DNA of 38,603 nt from Parvibaculum sp. (GCA_036384055.1 DASVNC010000290.1:1-38603), one strand, 5' to 3'; numbered from the stretch's first letter, positions 9,525-18,540 are shown. The notes: a model not told the origin generated them from the sequence alone. Numbers and translations are program-made.

Positions 9525-10289
9525 TTAATCCAAACCGATTGGCGAAAAATCGATGTCGGGGTGGAAGTCACCGAACCGGCGGATCAGCGCCTTTGTCTCT
9601 TCATCGAGCGAAGCGCCGCGCCCGTTCTGGCCGACATTGCGCCTGTCGATGCCCGGATCGCCTGCGGTGACGGCGCGTTCTATGGCCTGCGTGTCGAAGT
9701 TGAGCGCGAAATGCACACAAATCCGCGTCACGGAGCCCAGCGTGTCGCCAACAGCCTCGTCGTAGGTAAGAACCAATTTTTCGGGGCAATGCATCCAGGA
9801 GACATAGAAGTTGATGTACCAAGGGATTGCCAGGTGCGCGATCATGGATTCAAGCTCCCGGTCAGGCAGCGCCGCATGGCGCGCGTCGAACCAGGCCGAG
9901 GGGGAAATTGTCGATTCGCGGCGCAGATGATCGCGAATACTGACGACACAATCGAAAATATTTCTGACCAGAACTACCGGCTTGATGTCGAAGCGGTCGA
10001 TCATGAAGCGGGTGTTCTCATTGTATTTGACGTGGTGCTGAGCCACGTAGTCATAACGGTGTTTCCGCAACACCGTTTCGATATCCAGGTCCTGCTCGAC
10101 GCGCCCATATTGCCGGACGAGGGTCGCTTTCCGGAAGCCCGGCAGACGGGAAATGGTGTTCGACAGATAGGTCGATCCGCTCTTTGGCATGCAGGCGACG
10201 AGAATGTGTGTTCGCGGAACGACCCTGCCGATCGTCGCGTAGTGCAACAAGTCAAATGGGCTTTTGATTATCTGGCTGACGAATCGCAT
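9525..10289 (-). CDS. Sulfotransferase-domain protein
   Basis: 5'-PSB loop CMPKSGSTY and 3'-PB motif VRNIFDCVVS, plus LTYDE. Confidence 0.75.
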   Translation of the reverse strand: MRFVSQIIKSPFDLLHYATIGRVVPRTHILVACMPKSGSTYLSNTISRLPGFRKATLVRQYGRVEQDLDIETVLRKHRYDYVAQHHVKYNENTRFMIDRFDIKPVVLVRNIFDCVVSIRDHLRRESTISPSAWFDARHAALPDRELESMIAHLAIPWYINFYVSWMHCPEKLVLTYDEAVGDTLGSVTRICVHFALNFDTQAIERAVTAGDPGIDRRNVGQNGRGASLDEETKALIRRFGDFHPDIDFSPIGLD

Positions 10290-10390
10290 GCGTCCTCAAG
10301 TCATGGTGAAATCAATCTCTCGACCGCGCTTGCCGGGGAGGCTGCCGGACGAACGTCGCACAGACAGGGAGTTGCGACAACTCATCCCGG

Positions 10391-10846
10391 TCAGCGCGGC
10401 GCGATATCCCGTTGCTTGAGGCCGTGGGCGAAGACCCAGAAGCGCATGGCCAGAAAATTCACGATGGGGATGACGATCACCGTGACGGCAAGCGCCGCCA
10501 GCCGCGGCACGGCGAGGCCGTCGATCAGCGCATAGGGGATCGCCGAGGCGAGGGCGAGGCCTATGAGCGCACTGACGACGAAGCGCGCCACTTCGAATAC
10601 GTCGCGGCCCGGAACCATGAAAGTCACCAGCTTGTGGCCGACATAGGAAAATGGATTGGCGACGACGAAGCCGATGAGGCTGGCATGGGCAGGTTCGATT
10701 CCGCCGAAGTGCATCGCGGAGAAGGCGACCGTCAGGTGCACGAGCCCGGCAAAACCGCCGACGACCAGATAAGCGACAGGCTGACGGAATCTCGTCAGCA
10801 GGGCGATGGTACGGGGAAATCTCCGTCGGAGAAATTTTATCGGCAC
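10391..10846 (-). CDS. GtrA family lipid-linked sugar translocase
   Basis: YLVVGG, FSYVGHKLVTF, RFVV, NFLAMRFWVF, four TM segments. GTG start at 10846 chosen because GAGAG lies upstream and it avoids overlap with the GT2. Confidence 0.8.
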   Translation of the reverse strand: MPIKFLRRRFPRTIALLTRFRQPVAYLVVGGFAGLVHLTVAFSAMHFGGIEPAHASLIGFVVANPFSYVGHKLVTFMVPGRDVFEVARFVVSALIGLALASAIPYALIDGLAVPRLAALAVTVIVIPIVNFLAMRFWVFAHGLKQRDIAPR

Positions 10847-10856
10847 GGCGGTGCTC

Positions 10857-12044
10857 TCAACTCTTGCTGTCGATTTCCATGACGCTGGCAAGGAAGGCCG
10901 CGAGCGCCAGCTGCACGCCGGAGGCGATGACGGTGACGGAGGGGATCAGGATGCGCATGACATCGGGATAGTTCAGCGGACCGAACGCCGCCGAACGCCA
11001 TATCGAAAAGGCCCAGAAAACGCCGCCGCCGCCGATCAGCACCAGCGCGCCGCCGAGTTGCAGCAGATGCTCCAGCGTCAGGCTGCGCAAAAGGCGTCCA
11101 TATTGCAGCGAGTCCGGCAGCAGCCCGCGCCGCGCCGCGTAGCGCCGGGCGAGCATGCCGAAGGTGATGCTCTGGGTACCGACCAGAATGGACATGCAGG
11201 CGATCAACAGCGTGTGAACATCGAGGCTGATGCCCGGCGCCACCGTCACCTTGCCGGGGAGCAGCAATAGGGTTGCCGCGAGACCGAAGCCGATGAGCGC
11301 GAAGCCGGGATAGAGAAACAGCCAGCGGGGGCTGAAGAGCAGAAGAAAGCGCAAATGCCGCCAGCCGTCCCGCCAGGTCCGCAGATGCGGCGGACGCGAA
11401 CGGCCGTCCTTGGCAAGCCTGGTCGGCACGCTGACGATCCTGAGTTTGGCGAGGCCGGCGCGAACCAGCATCTCGCTGGCGAACTCCATGCCGGTCGTCT
11501 GCAAATGGAGGCCGAGCACCGCCTCGCGCGCAAACCCGCGCAGTCCGCAATGGAAGTCGCGGCAGGTGAGCCCGAAGAAAAGCCGTCCCAGAAAGCTGAG
11601 AACCGGGTTGCCGAGATAGCGGTGCAGGAAGGGCATGGCGCCGGGTGCTATGCCACCCGCAAACCGGTCGCCCATCACGAGATCGTTGCCGGCGCGCAGC
11701 TCCGTCAGGAAGGGCATCAGGGCGCTGAAGTCGTAGCTGTCGTCGGCGTCGCCCATCACCACGAAGCGGCCGCGGGCGGCGGCGATGCCCGCCTGCAGCG
11801 CCGCGCCATAGCCGCGCGTCGGCACCTCGACGACACGGGCGCCGAGATCGGCCGCGATGTCGCGCGAGCCGTCGGTGCTGCCGTTATCGGCTATGACGAC
11901 TTCACCCGATACGTTGTGGGCGGAGAGAAACCCCTGCGCCTTACGGATGCAGGTCGCCAGCGTTTCAGCCTCGTTGAGGCACGGCATGACGATGCTGAGT
12001 TCGAGGGCGTCTGGGGCCGTCTTGTCGCCGGGGGGAAGCGTCAT
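10857..12044 (-). CDS. GT2 polyprenyl-phosphate glycosyltransferase (DPM1/GtrB-like) with C-terminal TM helices
   Basis: LSIVMPCLNEA, ADNGSTDGS, GYGAAL, MGDADDSYD, DFHCGLRGF, GMEFASEM, LRTWRDGWRHLR. Confidence 0.9.
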   Translation of the reverse strand: MTLPPGDKTAPDALELSIVMPCLNEAETLATCIRKAQGFLSAHNVSGEVVIADNGSTDGSRDIAADLGARVVEVPTRGYGAALQAGIAAARGRFVVMGDADDSYDFSALMPFLTELRAGNDLVMGDRFAGGIAPGAMPFLHRYLGNPVLSFLGRLFFGLTCRDFHCGLRGFAREAVLGLHLQTTGMEFASEMLVRAGLAKLRIVSVPTRLAKDGRSRPPHLRTWRDGWRHLRFLLLFSPRWLFLYPGFALIGFGLAATLLLLPGKVTVAPGISLDVHTLLIACMSILVGTQSITFGMLARRYAARRGLLPDSLQYGRLLRSLTLEHLLQLGGALVLIGGGGVFWAFSIWRSAAFGPLNYPDVMRILIPSVTVIASGVQLALAAFLASVMEIDSKS

Positions 12045-12151
12045 GTTCTGCCGTGCCGCAATGGCGCTCCACCGTTCGTTCGCCGGCCTGACGGCCGCGT
12101 TTCGTGAGCTTATACGAGGAAAGGCCCGAGTGGCGAGGCGCGCCTTCGCGC

Positions 12152-12373
12152 CTAGTAATGCGGCGGCGGGGGCTCGACGGGCGGCGGGGCGTCGGCGTTT
12201 TCCTCGATCGTCTGGAGGCGGCTGCCCAAGGCGCCGAGGCGGCGGGTCAATTCGGCGATTTCGGCCTGCTGCGCGGCGACGGCCTGATGCAGGTCTTCCA
12301 GCATCTCGTCCTGATGGGCGAGGTGGATTTCCAGTTCGTCGATGCGGTCGGTCAGCGATTTTTCCTTGGGCAT
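12152..12373 (-). CDS. slyX: SlyX family protein
   Basis: RIDELEIHLAHQDEMLEDL coiled coil and the diagnostic C-terminal EPPPPHY. Confidence 0.9.
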   Translation of the reverse strand: MPKEKSLTDRIDELEIHLAHQDEMLEDLHQAVAAQQAEIAELTRRLGALGSRLQTIEENADAPPPVEPPPPHY

Positions 12374-12399
12374 GTTGAGGGTCTGCCGGTTCGGGATCG

Positions 12400-12648
12400 T
12401 CAGGGGCGGGCGAGCTTGCGCTTTTCTTCGGCGGAGAGCTTCTTGAATGCGTATTCCGCTTTCAGGGCTTGCGAGCGATCGGGGTAGGTTTGCGTCAGCA
12501 GGATGCGCAGGGGCGGAAAGCTGCGCGTGAACTTCGCGCCGCGGCCTTCCTTATGCGCCCTGTAACGCGCCTCCAGATCGACGGTGACGCCGGTATAGAG
12601 GCGGCCGCCCGCGCATTCCAGAACGTAGAGATGCCAGACCCTTGGCAT
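12400..12648 (-). CDS. Small GIY-YIG nuclease family protein (UPF0213/YhbQ-like)
   Basis: WHLYVLEC..GRLYTGVT.D...R...H..G.GAKFTR, ALKAEYAFKKL. Confidence 0.88.
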   Translation of the reverse strand: MPRVWHLYVLECAGGRLYTGVTVDLEARYRAHKEGRGAKFTRSFPPLRILLTQTYPDRSQALKAEYAFKKLSAEEKRKLARP

Positions 12649-12666
12649 GGCGGCCGGCGACCGGCC

Positions 12667-13317
12667 TCACATCTGCCAATAGGTGGCGTAAGCGAGAGCT
12701 TCCTGAAAAATCTGGATGTAGCGGGTGACGTTCTGGCCGATGAGGTCCATCTTCGCGAGCTTCGACAGGCGTTCGCCGGCGCGCTTCAGCTCGGAAGCGG
12801 GAACGATCTGGCGGATGATGCCGCAGGTGTCGGCGAGAGACATCAGGCAGACGTCGCGCGGATCGGGCAATTCATCCTTCAGCAGCACCTCGAGAAGGCG
12901 CAGCTTCACCTCGCGGATCTCCGTGCCGTCGGTGACAGGATAGCGGCGGGCTTTCAGGAACCACAGCACCCGGCCTTCGGTCTCGGTCAGAATCTTCCGC
13001 TCGCAGAGCCGCTTCAGGGCCAACTCGCGGACCTGGTTGCCGTAGCCGACAAGCTGGTCGATGAGGCGGGCCGCCTGCAGCTCGAAAGAGGGCGCGGAGA
13101 GCTTTTCGAGGATCAGATCGACGCAGGGTTCGCCGATCGGCTTCTTGTCGATGATCCAGATACGCTCAAGGTCGCTGTCGATGCGGTCCTGAAGCGCCAG
13201 TTCCATGATGGCCGCGCCGATGAAACCGGCGCTGACCGCTTCGCGCGGGATGTCGACAAAGCCGCCGTCCTCATCCTTGATCGTGAGGAGAAGGAATTCT
13301 TCCGGGATCGTCAGCAT
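12667..13317 (-). CDS. GPP34 / GOLPH3-Vps74 family protein
   Basis: MLTIPEEFLLL..D..G, GAAIMELALQDRI, L.RLCERKIL..EGRVLWFLKARRYP, PDPRDVCLMSLAD..G, the typical bacterial GPP34 pattern. Confidence 0.8.
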   Translation of the reverse strand: MLTIPEEFLLLTIKDEDGGFVDIPREAVSAGFIGAAIMELALQDRIDSDLERIWIIDKKPIGEPCVDLILEKLSAPSFELQAARLIDQLVGYGNQVRELALKRLCERKILTETEGRVLWFLKARRYPVTDGTEIREVKLRLLEVLLKDELPDPRDVCLMSLADTCGIIRQIVPASELKRAGERLSKLAKMDLIGQNVTRYIQIFQEALAYATYWQM

Positions 13318-13362
13318 CAATCGCCACCCCAATGTGCCGTAAACCTGTTGCAAGAAACCCGG

Positions 13363-13390
13363 ATAGTACGAGGCCGCCGCCTGCTGTCAA
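13363..13390 (-). promoter_or_regulatory. Putative sigma70 promoter of GPP34 gene
   Basis: Minus strand TTGACA (13390-13385), 16-nt spacer, TACTAT (13368-13363). Confidence 0.6.
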
Positions 13391-13475
13391 TGCGGAACTC
13401 GGGCGCGTTGAAAGCGCCCAAAAGCGGCCCGTTTCAAGGCCTTACCGTATGCTTTTCGGAGGCGGAACAAGCGCC

Positions 13476-13503
13476 TTGACGAAGGCGGCGGAGGTGCTAT
13501 GAG
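13476..13503 (+). promoter_or_regulatory. Putative sigma70 promoter of anti-sigma kinase/STAS operon
   Basis: TTGACG (13476-13481) followed by GCTATGAG at -10 spacing, the alphaproteobacterial TTGAC...GCTANA type. Confidence 0.5.
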
Positions 13504-13527
13504 ACATTCAACCACGGGGATGGACCG

Positions 13528-13974
13528 TTGTCCGAAACACTCGAACTGACGCTGCGCAACGACATTTCCGAGGTTGCCCGCGTCATCGACGCCATCGAGG
13601 CGCTCGGTGAACGGAACGACGTGCCGGCCAGAAAGATATTTCAGCTCAATCTCGTTCTCGACGAACTCATCACCAACATTGTCTCCTACGCGTTCGACGG
13701 GCAAAGTGATACCAGGATCAGGCTGTCGGTCGAGTTGAAGGACGGGATTGTCAACGCCGAGCTTGTCGATAACGGTAAAGCATTCAACCCGGTCGAGGCG
13801 GTATTGCCCGATCTGGGCGAGGGGATCGAGGGCCGGCGGATCGGTGGACTTGGCATCAAGTTTGTCCGAACCTACGTGGATCAGCTCAATTACCGGCGCG
13901 ACGGCGACTTCAACCGGCTGTGCCTCAAGATGAATATGCAAGCCGCCGATGACGGCCAGCAGGGGAACGGATGA
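13528..13974 (+). CDS. RsbW/SpoIIAB-like anti-sigma factor Ser kinase (HATPase_c_2)
   Basis: LVLDELITNIVSYA (N box), DNGKAFNP (G1), RRIGGLGIKFVR (G2), YRRDGDFNRL. Confidence 0.9.
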   Translation: MSETLELTLRNDISEVARVIDAIEALGERNDVPARKIFQLNLVLDELITNIVSYAFDGQSDTRIRLSVELKDGIVNAELVDNGKAFNPVEAVLPDLGEGIEGRRIGGLGIKFVRTYVDQLNYRRDGDFNRLCLKMNMQAADDGQQGNG

Positions 13975-14318
13975 CTATGATGGAAATGAGCCACGAGCTT
14001 CGCAACGGCGCGTTGATCCTGAAGCCGAAGAAACGGATCGACAGCAGCACCGCAAAGGCGTTCGAAGATCAGGCGGCCATGCTCGTCGACAAGGGGGCGA
14101 CCAAGGTCGTCGTCGATTTTTCCGAGCTTGATTACATCAGTTCGGCGGGCCTGCGCGTGTTGTTGACGACAGCCAAGAAAGTGAAGGCGGCCGGCGGCGC
14201 GCTGACGCTGTGCGGCGTCCACGATAACGTCAAGGAAGTGCTCGACGTGAGCGGCTTCGCGTCGATCTTCGGCATGCACGCAACGCTCGATGCCGCGCTC
14301 GCCTCGATCGGCGGCTGA
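13971..14318 (+). CDS. STAS-domain anti-sigma factor antagonist (RsbV/SpoIIAA-like)
   Basis: RIDSSTA, VDFSELDYISSAGLRVLL with the phospho-Ser, VKEVLDVSGF. Overlaps the kinase stop. Confidence 0.92.
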   Translation: MTMMEMSHELRNGALILKPKKRIDSSTAKAFEDQAAMLVDKGATKVVVDFSELDYISSAGLRVLLTTAKKVKAAGGALTLCGVHDNVKEVLDVSGFASIFGMHATLDAALASIGG

Positions 14319-14403
14319 GCGGGGGCGTCTGGGCGCTGTCATCATTCCGTTATAGTGTGAGCCTAGTTTCCTCGGCATCGCACCAATCCCTACGGATGTT
14401 CTT

Positions 14404-14739
14404 ATGACCGACATTTCCGTGCCCAAGCCGATCAAGCTCGCCGGGCGCCTCGATACCGCCAGGGTCGGCGAAATAGAGACCGGGTTTTACGCCTCGGTCG
14501 GCGCCTTCAAAACCAGGGGCGAGGTGGTGCTGATCGACCTGACGGACGTGGAATTCCTGTCGTCGCTCGGCATTCGCCTGCTCATCACAGCCGGCAAGCT
14601 CCTCAAGCAGCGGCAGATGAAGGTCGGCGTCATCGCGCCGGCCTCGTCGCAGGTCATGGAAGCGCTTGAACTCAGCGGACTTTCCGACTTCTTCAGCTTC
14701 TTCGACAGCGAAGCGACGGCCCGCGCCGCCCTTGCCTGA
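14404..14739 (+). CDS. Second STAS-domain anti-anti-sigma protein
   Basis: LAGRLD, IDLTDVEFLSSLGIRLLI, VMEALELSGL. Confidence 0.88.
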   Translation: MTDISVPKPIKLAGRLDTARVGEIETGFYASVGAFKTRGEVVLIDLTDVEFLSSLGIRLLITAGKLLKQRQMKVGVIAPASSQVMEALELSGLSDFFSFFDSEATARAALA

Positions 14740-14869
14740 ATGCCGCGAGGACGCCGGTCTGCCGGCGTTAACGCGATAGAAAGGTTAATTTGGCCCAATC
14801 GTGCCCGGGCGGCGCTTCTTTCGAGCGAAGGACGCCCTTTTGTTTCCACTGGGCAGGAAATGGGGTCCG

Positions 14870-15544
14870 ATGTTCACGCAGCAAAATCCGTCGCAGACGT
14901 ATACGGAACTTCTCTCGCATTACCGATCCATGCATGCGAACGGCTATTCGCGCGTGATCGACGGGCAGAAGGTCGACGTTGCGCCTGAAAAGACTTTCCC
15001 GGGCGATCAGCTTCCGATCTATGTCCTTTCCATCAAGGAGATGATCGATGCGACCGGGGCCAAGACGATCATCGATTACGGCTGCGGCAAAGGCCAGCAG
15101 TATGAGCTGGGGCCGATCAAGGACAGCAATGGCAAGATCCTTGGCCGGAATATCCAGAGTCTCTGGAATGTTTCGAACATTCACCGCTACGATCCCGGCG
15201 TGCCGATGTTCGACACCTATCCTTCCGGCACTTTCGACGGCGTTATCTCGACTGACGTGCTTGAGCACATCCCGCGGGAGGACGTCTTCTGGGTCGTCGA
15301 TGAATTCGTGCGCATGGCCGACAAGTTCGTCTTCGCCAACATTGCCTGCTATCCGGCGATGGCGCGGCTGCCCGACGGGCGCAACGCGCATGTCACGGTC
15401 GAGCATCCGCGCTGGTGGGCGGGGATTTTCGAAGCGGCAGCGCGCCGCAAGCCCGATCTGAAGATGCGTCTTGTCTGTGTCGGCACCGGCATGGCGCCGG
15501 ACGGAACCCAACAGCGCGCCACGGTCACGATGAACCTGCGCTAA
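14870..15544 (+). CDS. Class I SAM-dependent methyltransferase
   Basis: IIDYGCGKG, YDPG, FDGVISTDVLEHIP. Start moved to ATG 14870. Confidence 0.8.
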   Translation: MFTQQNPSQTYTELLSHYRSMHANGYSRVIDGQKVDVAPEKTFPGDQLPIYVLSIKEMIDATGAKTIIDYGCGKGQQYELGPIKDSNGKILGRNIQSLWNVSNIHRYDPGVPMFDTYPSGTFDGVISTDVLEHIPREDVFWVVDEFVRMADKFVFANIACYPAMARLPDGRNAHVTVEHPRWWAGIFEAAARRKPDLKMRLVCVGTGMAPDGTQQRATVTMNLR

Positions 15545-15557
15545 AAATCCGACAAGT

Positions 15558-15588
15558 CCCGCGCCGGTCATCCGGCGCGGGCTTTTTT
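15558..15588 (+). terminator. Rho-independent terminator between convergent genes
   Basis: CCCGCGCCGG-TCAT-CCGGCGCGGG followed by CTTTTTT. Confidence 0.85.
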
Positions 15589-15593
15589 CCGGA

Positions 15594-16424
15594 TTAGCCG
15601 AAGCGGCCGGTGACGTAGTCGCGGGTCCGCTCATTCGTCGGATTGGTGAAGATCTTTTCCGACGTGTCGAACTCGATCAGCTGCCCCAGATACATGAAGG
15701 CCGTGTAGTCGGAGGCGCGGGCCGCCTGCTGCATGTTGTGCGTCACGATGACGATGCAGAATTCCTCGCGTAATTCCTCGATCAGCTCTTCCAGCTTCGC
15801 CGTCGAGATCGGATCGAGGGCGGAGGCGGGCTCGTCCATCAGCAGGATTTCCGGCCGCACGGCGACCGCGCGGGCGACGCAGAGGCGCTGCTGCTGACCG
15901 CCTGAAAGGCCGGTGCCTTCGACGTTGAGCTTGTCCTTGACCTCATCCCACAGAGCGGCGCGCGAAAGCGCCCAGTGAACGCGCTCGTCGAGATCGGCCT
16001 TGCTGAGCTTCTCGTAAAGACGGATGCCGAAAGCGACGTTCTCGTAGATCGACATCGGGAAGGGCGTCGGCTTCTGGAACACCATGCCGACCTTCGAACG
16101 CAGTTCGGTGAGGTCGCTGCCGGGCTTCAGAATGTTCTTGCCGTCGATCAGCACTTCGCCGCTCGCGCTCTGGCCCGGATACATTTCATAGATGCGGTTC
16201 AGCACGCGCAGCAGCGTCGATTTCCCACAGCCCGACGGACCGATGAAGGCGGTCACGCGGCGGTCGCGGATCGAGATATTGACGTCCTTCAGGGCGTGGA
16301 ACTGGCCGTAGTGGAAGTTCAGGTTGCTGACCTTGATCTTCTCCGCAGTCTGCGCACCGTCGCTCAGGCCCTGCTTTCGTGAGCGGTCCAACATGGGCAT
16401 GCTCACGGCTGCTTCGGTATTCAT
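15594..16424 (-). CDS. pstB: Phosphate ABC transporter ATP-binding protein
   Basis: [59 protein letters not shown]. Confidence 0.97.
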   Translation of the reverse strand: MNTEAAVSMPMLDRSRKQGLSDGAQTAEKIKVSNLNFHYGQFHALKDVNISIRDRRVTAFIGPSGCGKSTLLRVLNRIYEMYPGQSASGEVLIDGKNILKPGSDLTELRSKVGMVFQKPTPFPMSIYENVAFGIRLYEKLSKADLDERVHWALSRAALWDEVKDKLNVEGTGLSGGQQQRLCVARAVAVRPEILLMDEPASALDPISTAKLEELIEELREEFCIVIVTHNMQQAARASDYTAFMYLGQLIEFDTSEKIFTNPTNERTRDYVTGRFG

Positions 16425-16427
16425 CGA

Positions 16428-17267
16428 CTATGCTCGCTTTCTCTTGGCGGAAAATCTGGCCACGATATTGAGGAGAAGCACCGCGGTGGTCACGAGGAGG
16501 GCGCCTCCCCAGGCGAGATTGCGCCAATCATCATAGGGGCTCATTGCGAACTGAAAGATGACAACCGGCAGGTTTGCCATCGGCGCGTTGAGGTTTGTGC
16601 TCCAGAACTGATTGTTGAGGGCGGTGAAGAGCAGCGGCGCCGTTTCGCCGCTGATGCGGGCGATGGCCAACAGCACGCCCGTCAGGATGCCCTGGAAGGC
16701 GGCGCGGTAGCCGATCCGGGTGATGACCATCCAGCGCGGCGTGCCGAGAGCGGCGCCTGCCTCGCGCAGCGCGTCGGGCACCAGCGACAGCATGTCTTCG
16801 GTCGTGCGCACGACGACGGGCACGGCGATGATGGCAAGTGCGATGATGCCGGCCCAGCCCGAGAAGTGACCCATCGTCACGACGACAACGCCATAGACAA
16901 AGAGGCCGACGATGATCGACGGCGCGCTCAGCAGAACGTCGTTGATGAAGCGGACGATGTCGGCGATCCGGCTCGCGCGGGCATATTCCGCGAGGAAGGT
17001 GCCGGCCATGACGCCGACGGGCGCCGCAATCGCGATCGCCAGCATGGTCATCAGGAAGCTGCCGAAAATCGCGTTGGCGAGGCCGCCTTCGCCGCCGGGC
17101 GGCGGGGTGTTTTCGAGGAAGAGCGACGGCTTGATGGCCTGGAGGCCGTTCCAGAGCAGCGTCCAGAGGATGGCGCCCAGCATGAACAGCACGGCGGCCG
17201 TCATCGCCAGAGAGACGACGGTCATAGCCGAATTGAAGCGGAGGCGGCGGCGGACAAGGGCGTTCAT
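16428..17267 (-). CDS. pstA: Phosphate ABC transporter permease PstA
   Basis: [51 protein letters not shown]. Confidence 0.95.
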   Translation of the reverse strand: MNALVRRRLRFNSAMTVVSLAMTAAVLFMLGAILWTLLWNGLQAIKPSLFLENTPPPGGEGGLANAIFGSFLMTMLAIAIAAPVGVMAGTFLAEYARASRIADIVRFINDVLLSAPSIIVGLFVYGVVVVTMGHFSGWAGIIALAIIAVPVVVRTTEDMLSLVPDALREAGAALGTPRWMVITRIGYRAAFQGILTGVLLAIARISGETAPLLFTALNNQFWSTNLNAPMANLPVVIFQFAMSPYDDWRNLAWGGALLVTTAVLLLNIVARFSAKRKRA

Positions 17268-18262
17268 GTGAGCGTTCCCTTGCCGGCGGAAGCCTTCAGC
17301 AGCATGCGCTTGCCGATGGCGAGAACCGCGAATGTCAGGATGAACAGCACGAAGCCGAGCGCGATCAGCGAGGAGGTATAGAGCTGGCCGGCGGCTTCGG
17401 TGAATTCGTTGGCCAGCGTCGCCGAGATCGTCGTGCCGGGGGCCAGCAGCGAGAGGCTCAGATCGTGTGCATTGCCGATGACGAAGGTGACGGCCATCGT
17501 CTCGCCGAGGGCGCGGCCGAGGCCGAGCAGGACGGCGCCAGCGACGCCGATGCGCGAATAGGGCAGCACAACCCGCCAGACGACTTCCCAGCGCGTCGCG
17601 CCCAGGCCGTAGGCGGACTCGCGCAGGACGGCCGGGACGGCCGCGAAGACCTCACGCATCACCGAGGTGATGAAGGGCAGGATCATCAGCGCCAGAATCA
17701 GGCCGGCGAGCAGAACGCTGATGCCGATGGGCGGCCCGGCGAAGAGCGGCCCGATGAGGGGCAGCGAACCGAGGGTCGAGATCAGGAAGGGTTCGACGGA
17801 CAACTGGAAGAAAGGCGCGAGGACGAAGAGCCCCCAGATGCCGTAGATGATGCTCGGCACCGCGGCGAGCAGTTCGACGGCGATCGCGATCGGCTGCCGC
17901 AGCCAGTGGGGGCACAGCTCGGTCAGGAAGAAGGCCATGCCGAAGCCGAACGGCACGCCGATGACCATCGCGATGACGGCGGTTTCGAGAGTACCGACGA
18001 GGGGCACGAAGGCGCCGTACTGGTCGGTCACAGGGTTCCAGGTCGAGGTCCAGACGAAAGCCGGTCCGAAAGCCTTCAAGGCGGGCCAGGCGCCTTCCGT
18101 GAGGACGACGATGACGCCGCTGAGGATGAGCAGCACCAGCGCCGCGAAAGCGAAGGTCAGGCCCTTGAAGACGGGATCGCCGAGGCGCATGCCGAGCCGG
18201 CGTCTGCGATGACTAGAGGTACGGGAAACTGAAGTTAACGTCATCGTGTCCGCTTTGGGCAT
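17264..18262 (-). CDS. pstC: Phosphate ABC transporter permease PstC
   Basis: [55 protein letters not shown]. Start at 18262 (alternative 18244). Confidence 0.95.
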   Translation of the reverse strand: MPKADTMTLTSVSRTSSHRRRRLGMRLGDPVFKGLTFAFAALVLLILSGVIVVLTEGAWPALKAFGPAFVWTSTWNPVTDQYGAFVPLVGTLETAVIAMVIGVPFGFGMAFFLTELCPHWLRQPIAIAVELLAAVPSIIYGIWGLFVLAPFFQLSVEPFLISTLGSLPLIGPLFAGPPIGISVLLAGLILALMILPFITSVMREVFAAVPAVLRESAYGLGATRWEVVWRVVLPYSRIGVAGAVLLGLGRALGETMAVTFVIGNAHDLSLSLLAPGTTISATLANEFTEAAGQLYTSSLIALGFVLFILTFAVLAIGKRMLLKASAGKGTLT

Positions 18263-18333
18263 GGGGCACCTTCGGGACGGCCGTGCCGGGCGGATAAGCT
18301 CACACGCGGCCGTTCCTTGTGGTCGGATTGGGA

Positions 18334-18417
18334 TTAAAGAACGGCTTGAATGCGCATGTCGATGGTTGTCTTCGGGTCCTTGGCAATGTGGCTCGCGGAA
18401 TGCAAATCCCCGGTCAT
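18334..18417 (-). CDS. Putative 27-aa small ORF in the pst leader
   Basis: GAGGGACAG-ATG...TAA encoding MTGDLHSASHIAKDPKTTIDMRIQAVL, between the Pho box and pstC. Confidence 0.3.
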   Translation of the reverse strand: MTGDLHSASHIAKDPKTTIDMRIQAVL

Positions 18418-18540
18418 CTGTCCCTCGATACAATCGGCGGCCTTCGGGCAAAACCGGAGCCGCCGCCGCCCCGGGCCTTGCGACACGCCGCGCCCGCTCA
18501 CTCTAAGGTCAGGAATGCCGTTGCCGGGCTTCGGGGTCAA

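Noticed and set aside
1192-12100. Integrative element or prophage at tRNA-Met
   Set aside because: No integrase, phage or conjugation genes, and no duplicated tRNA 3' end was seen in the window.
12400-12648. GIY-YIG as a homing endonuclease or defence nuclease
   Set aside because: It is an 82-aa stand-alone UPF0213-type protein, widespread in chromosomes, with no intron, DNA-binding extension or defence neighbours.
14767-14790. CtrA binding site (two TTAA half-sites) upstream of the methyltransferase
   Set aside because: The half-sites are 13 nt apart rather than the 7 nt of TTAA-N7-TTAA.
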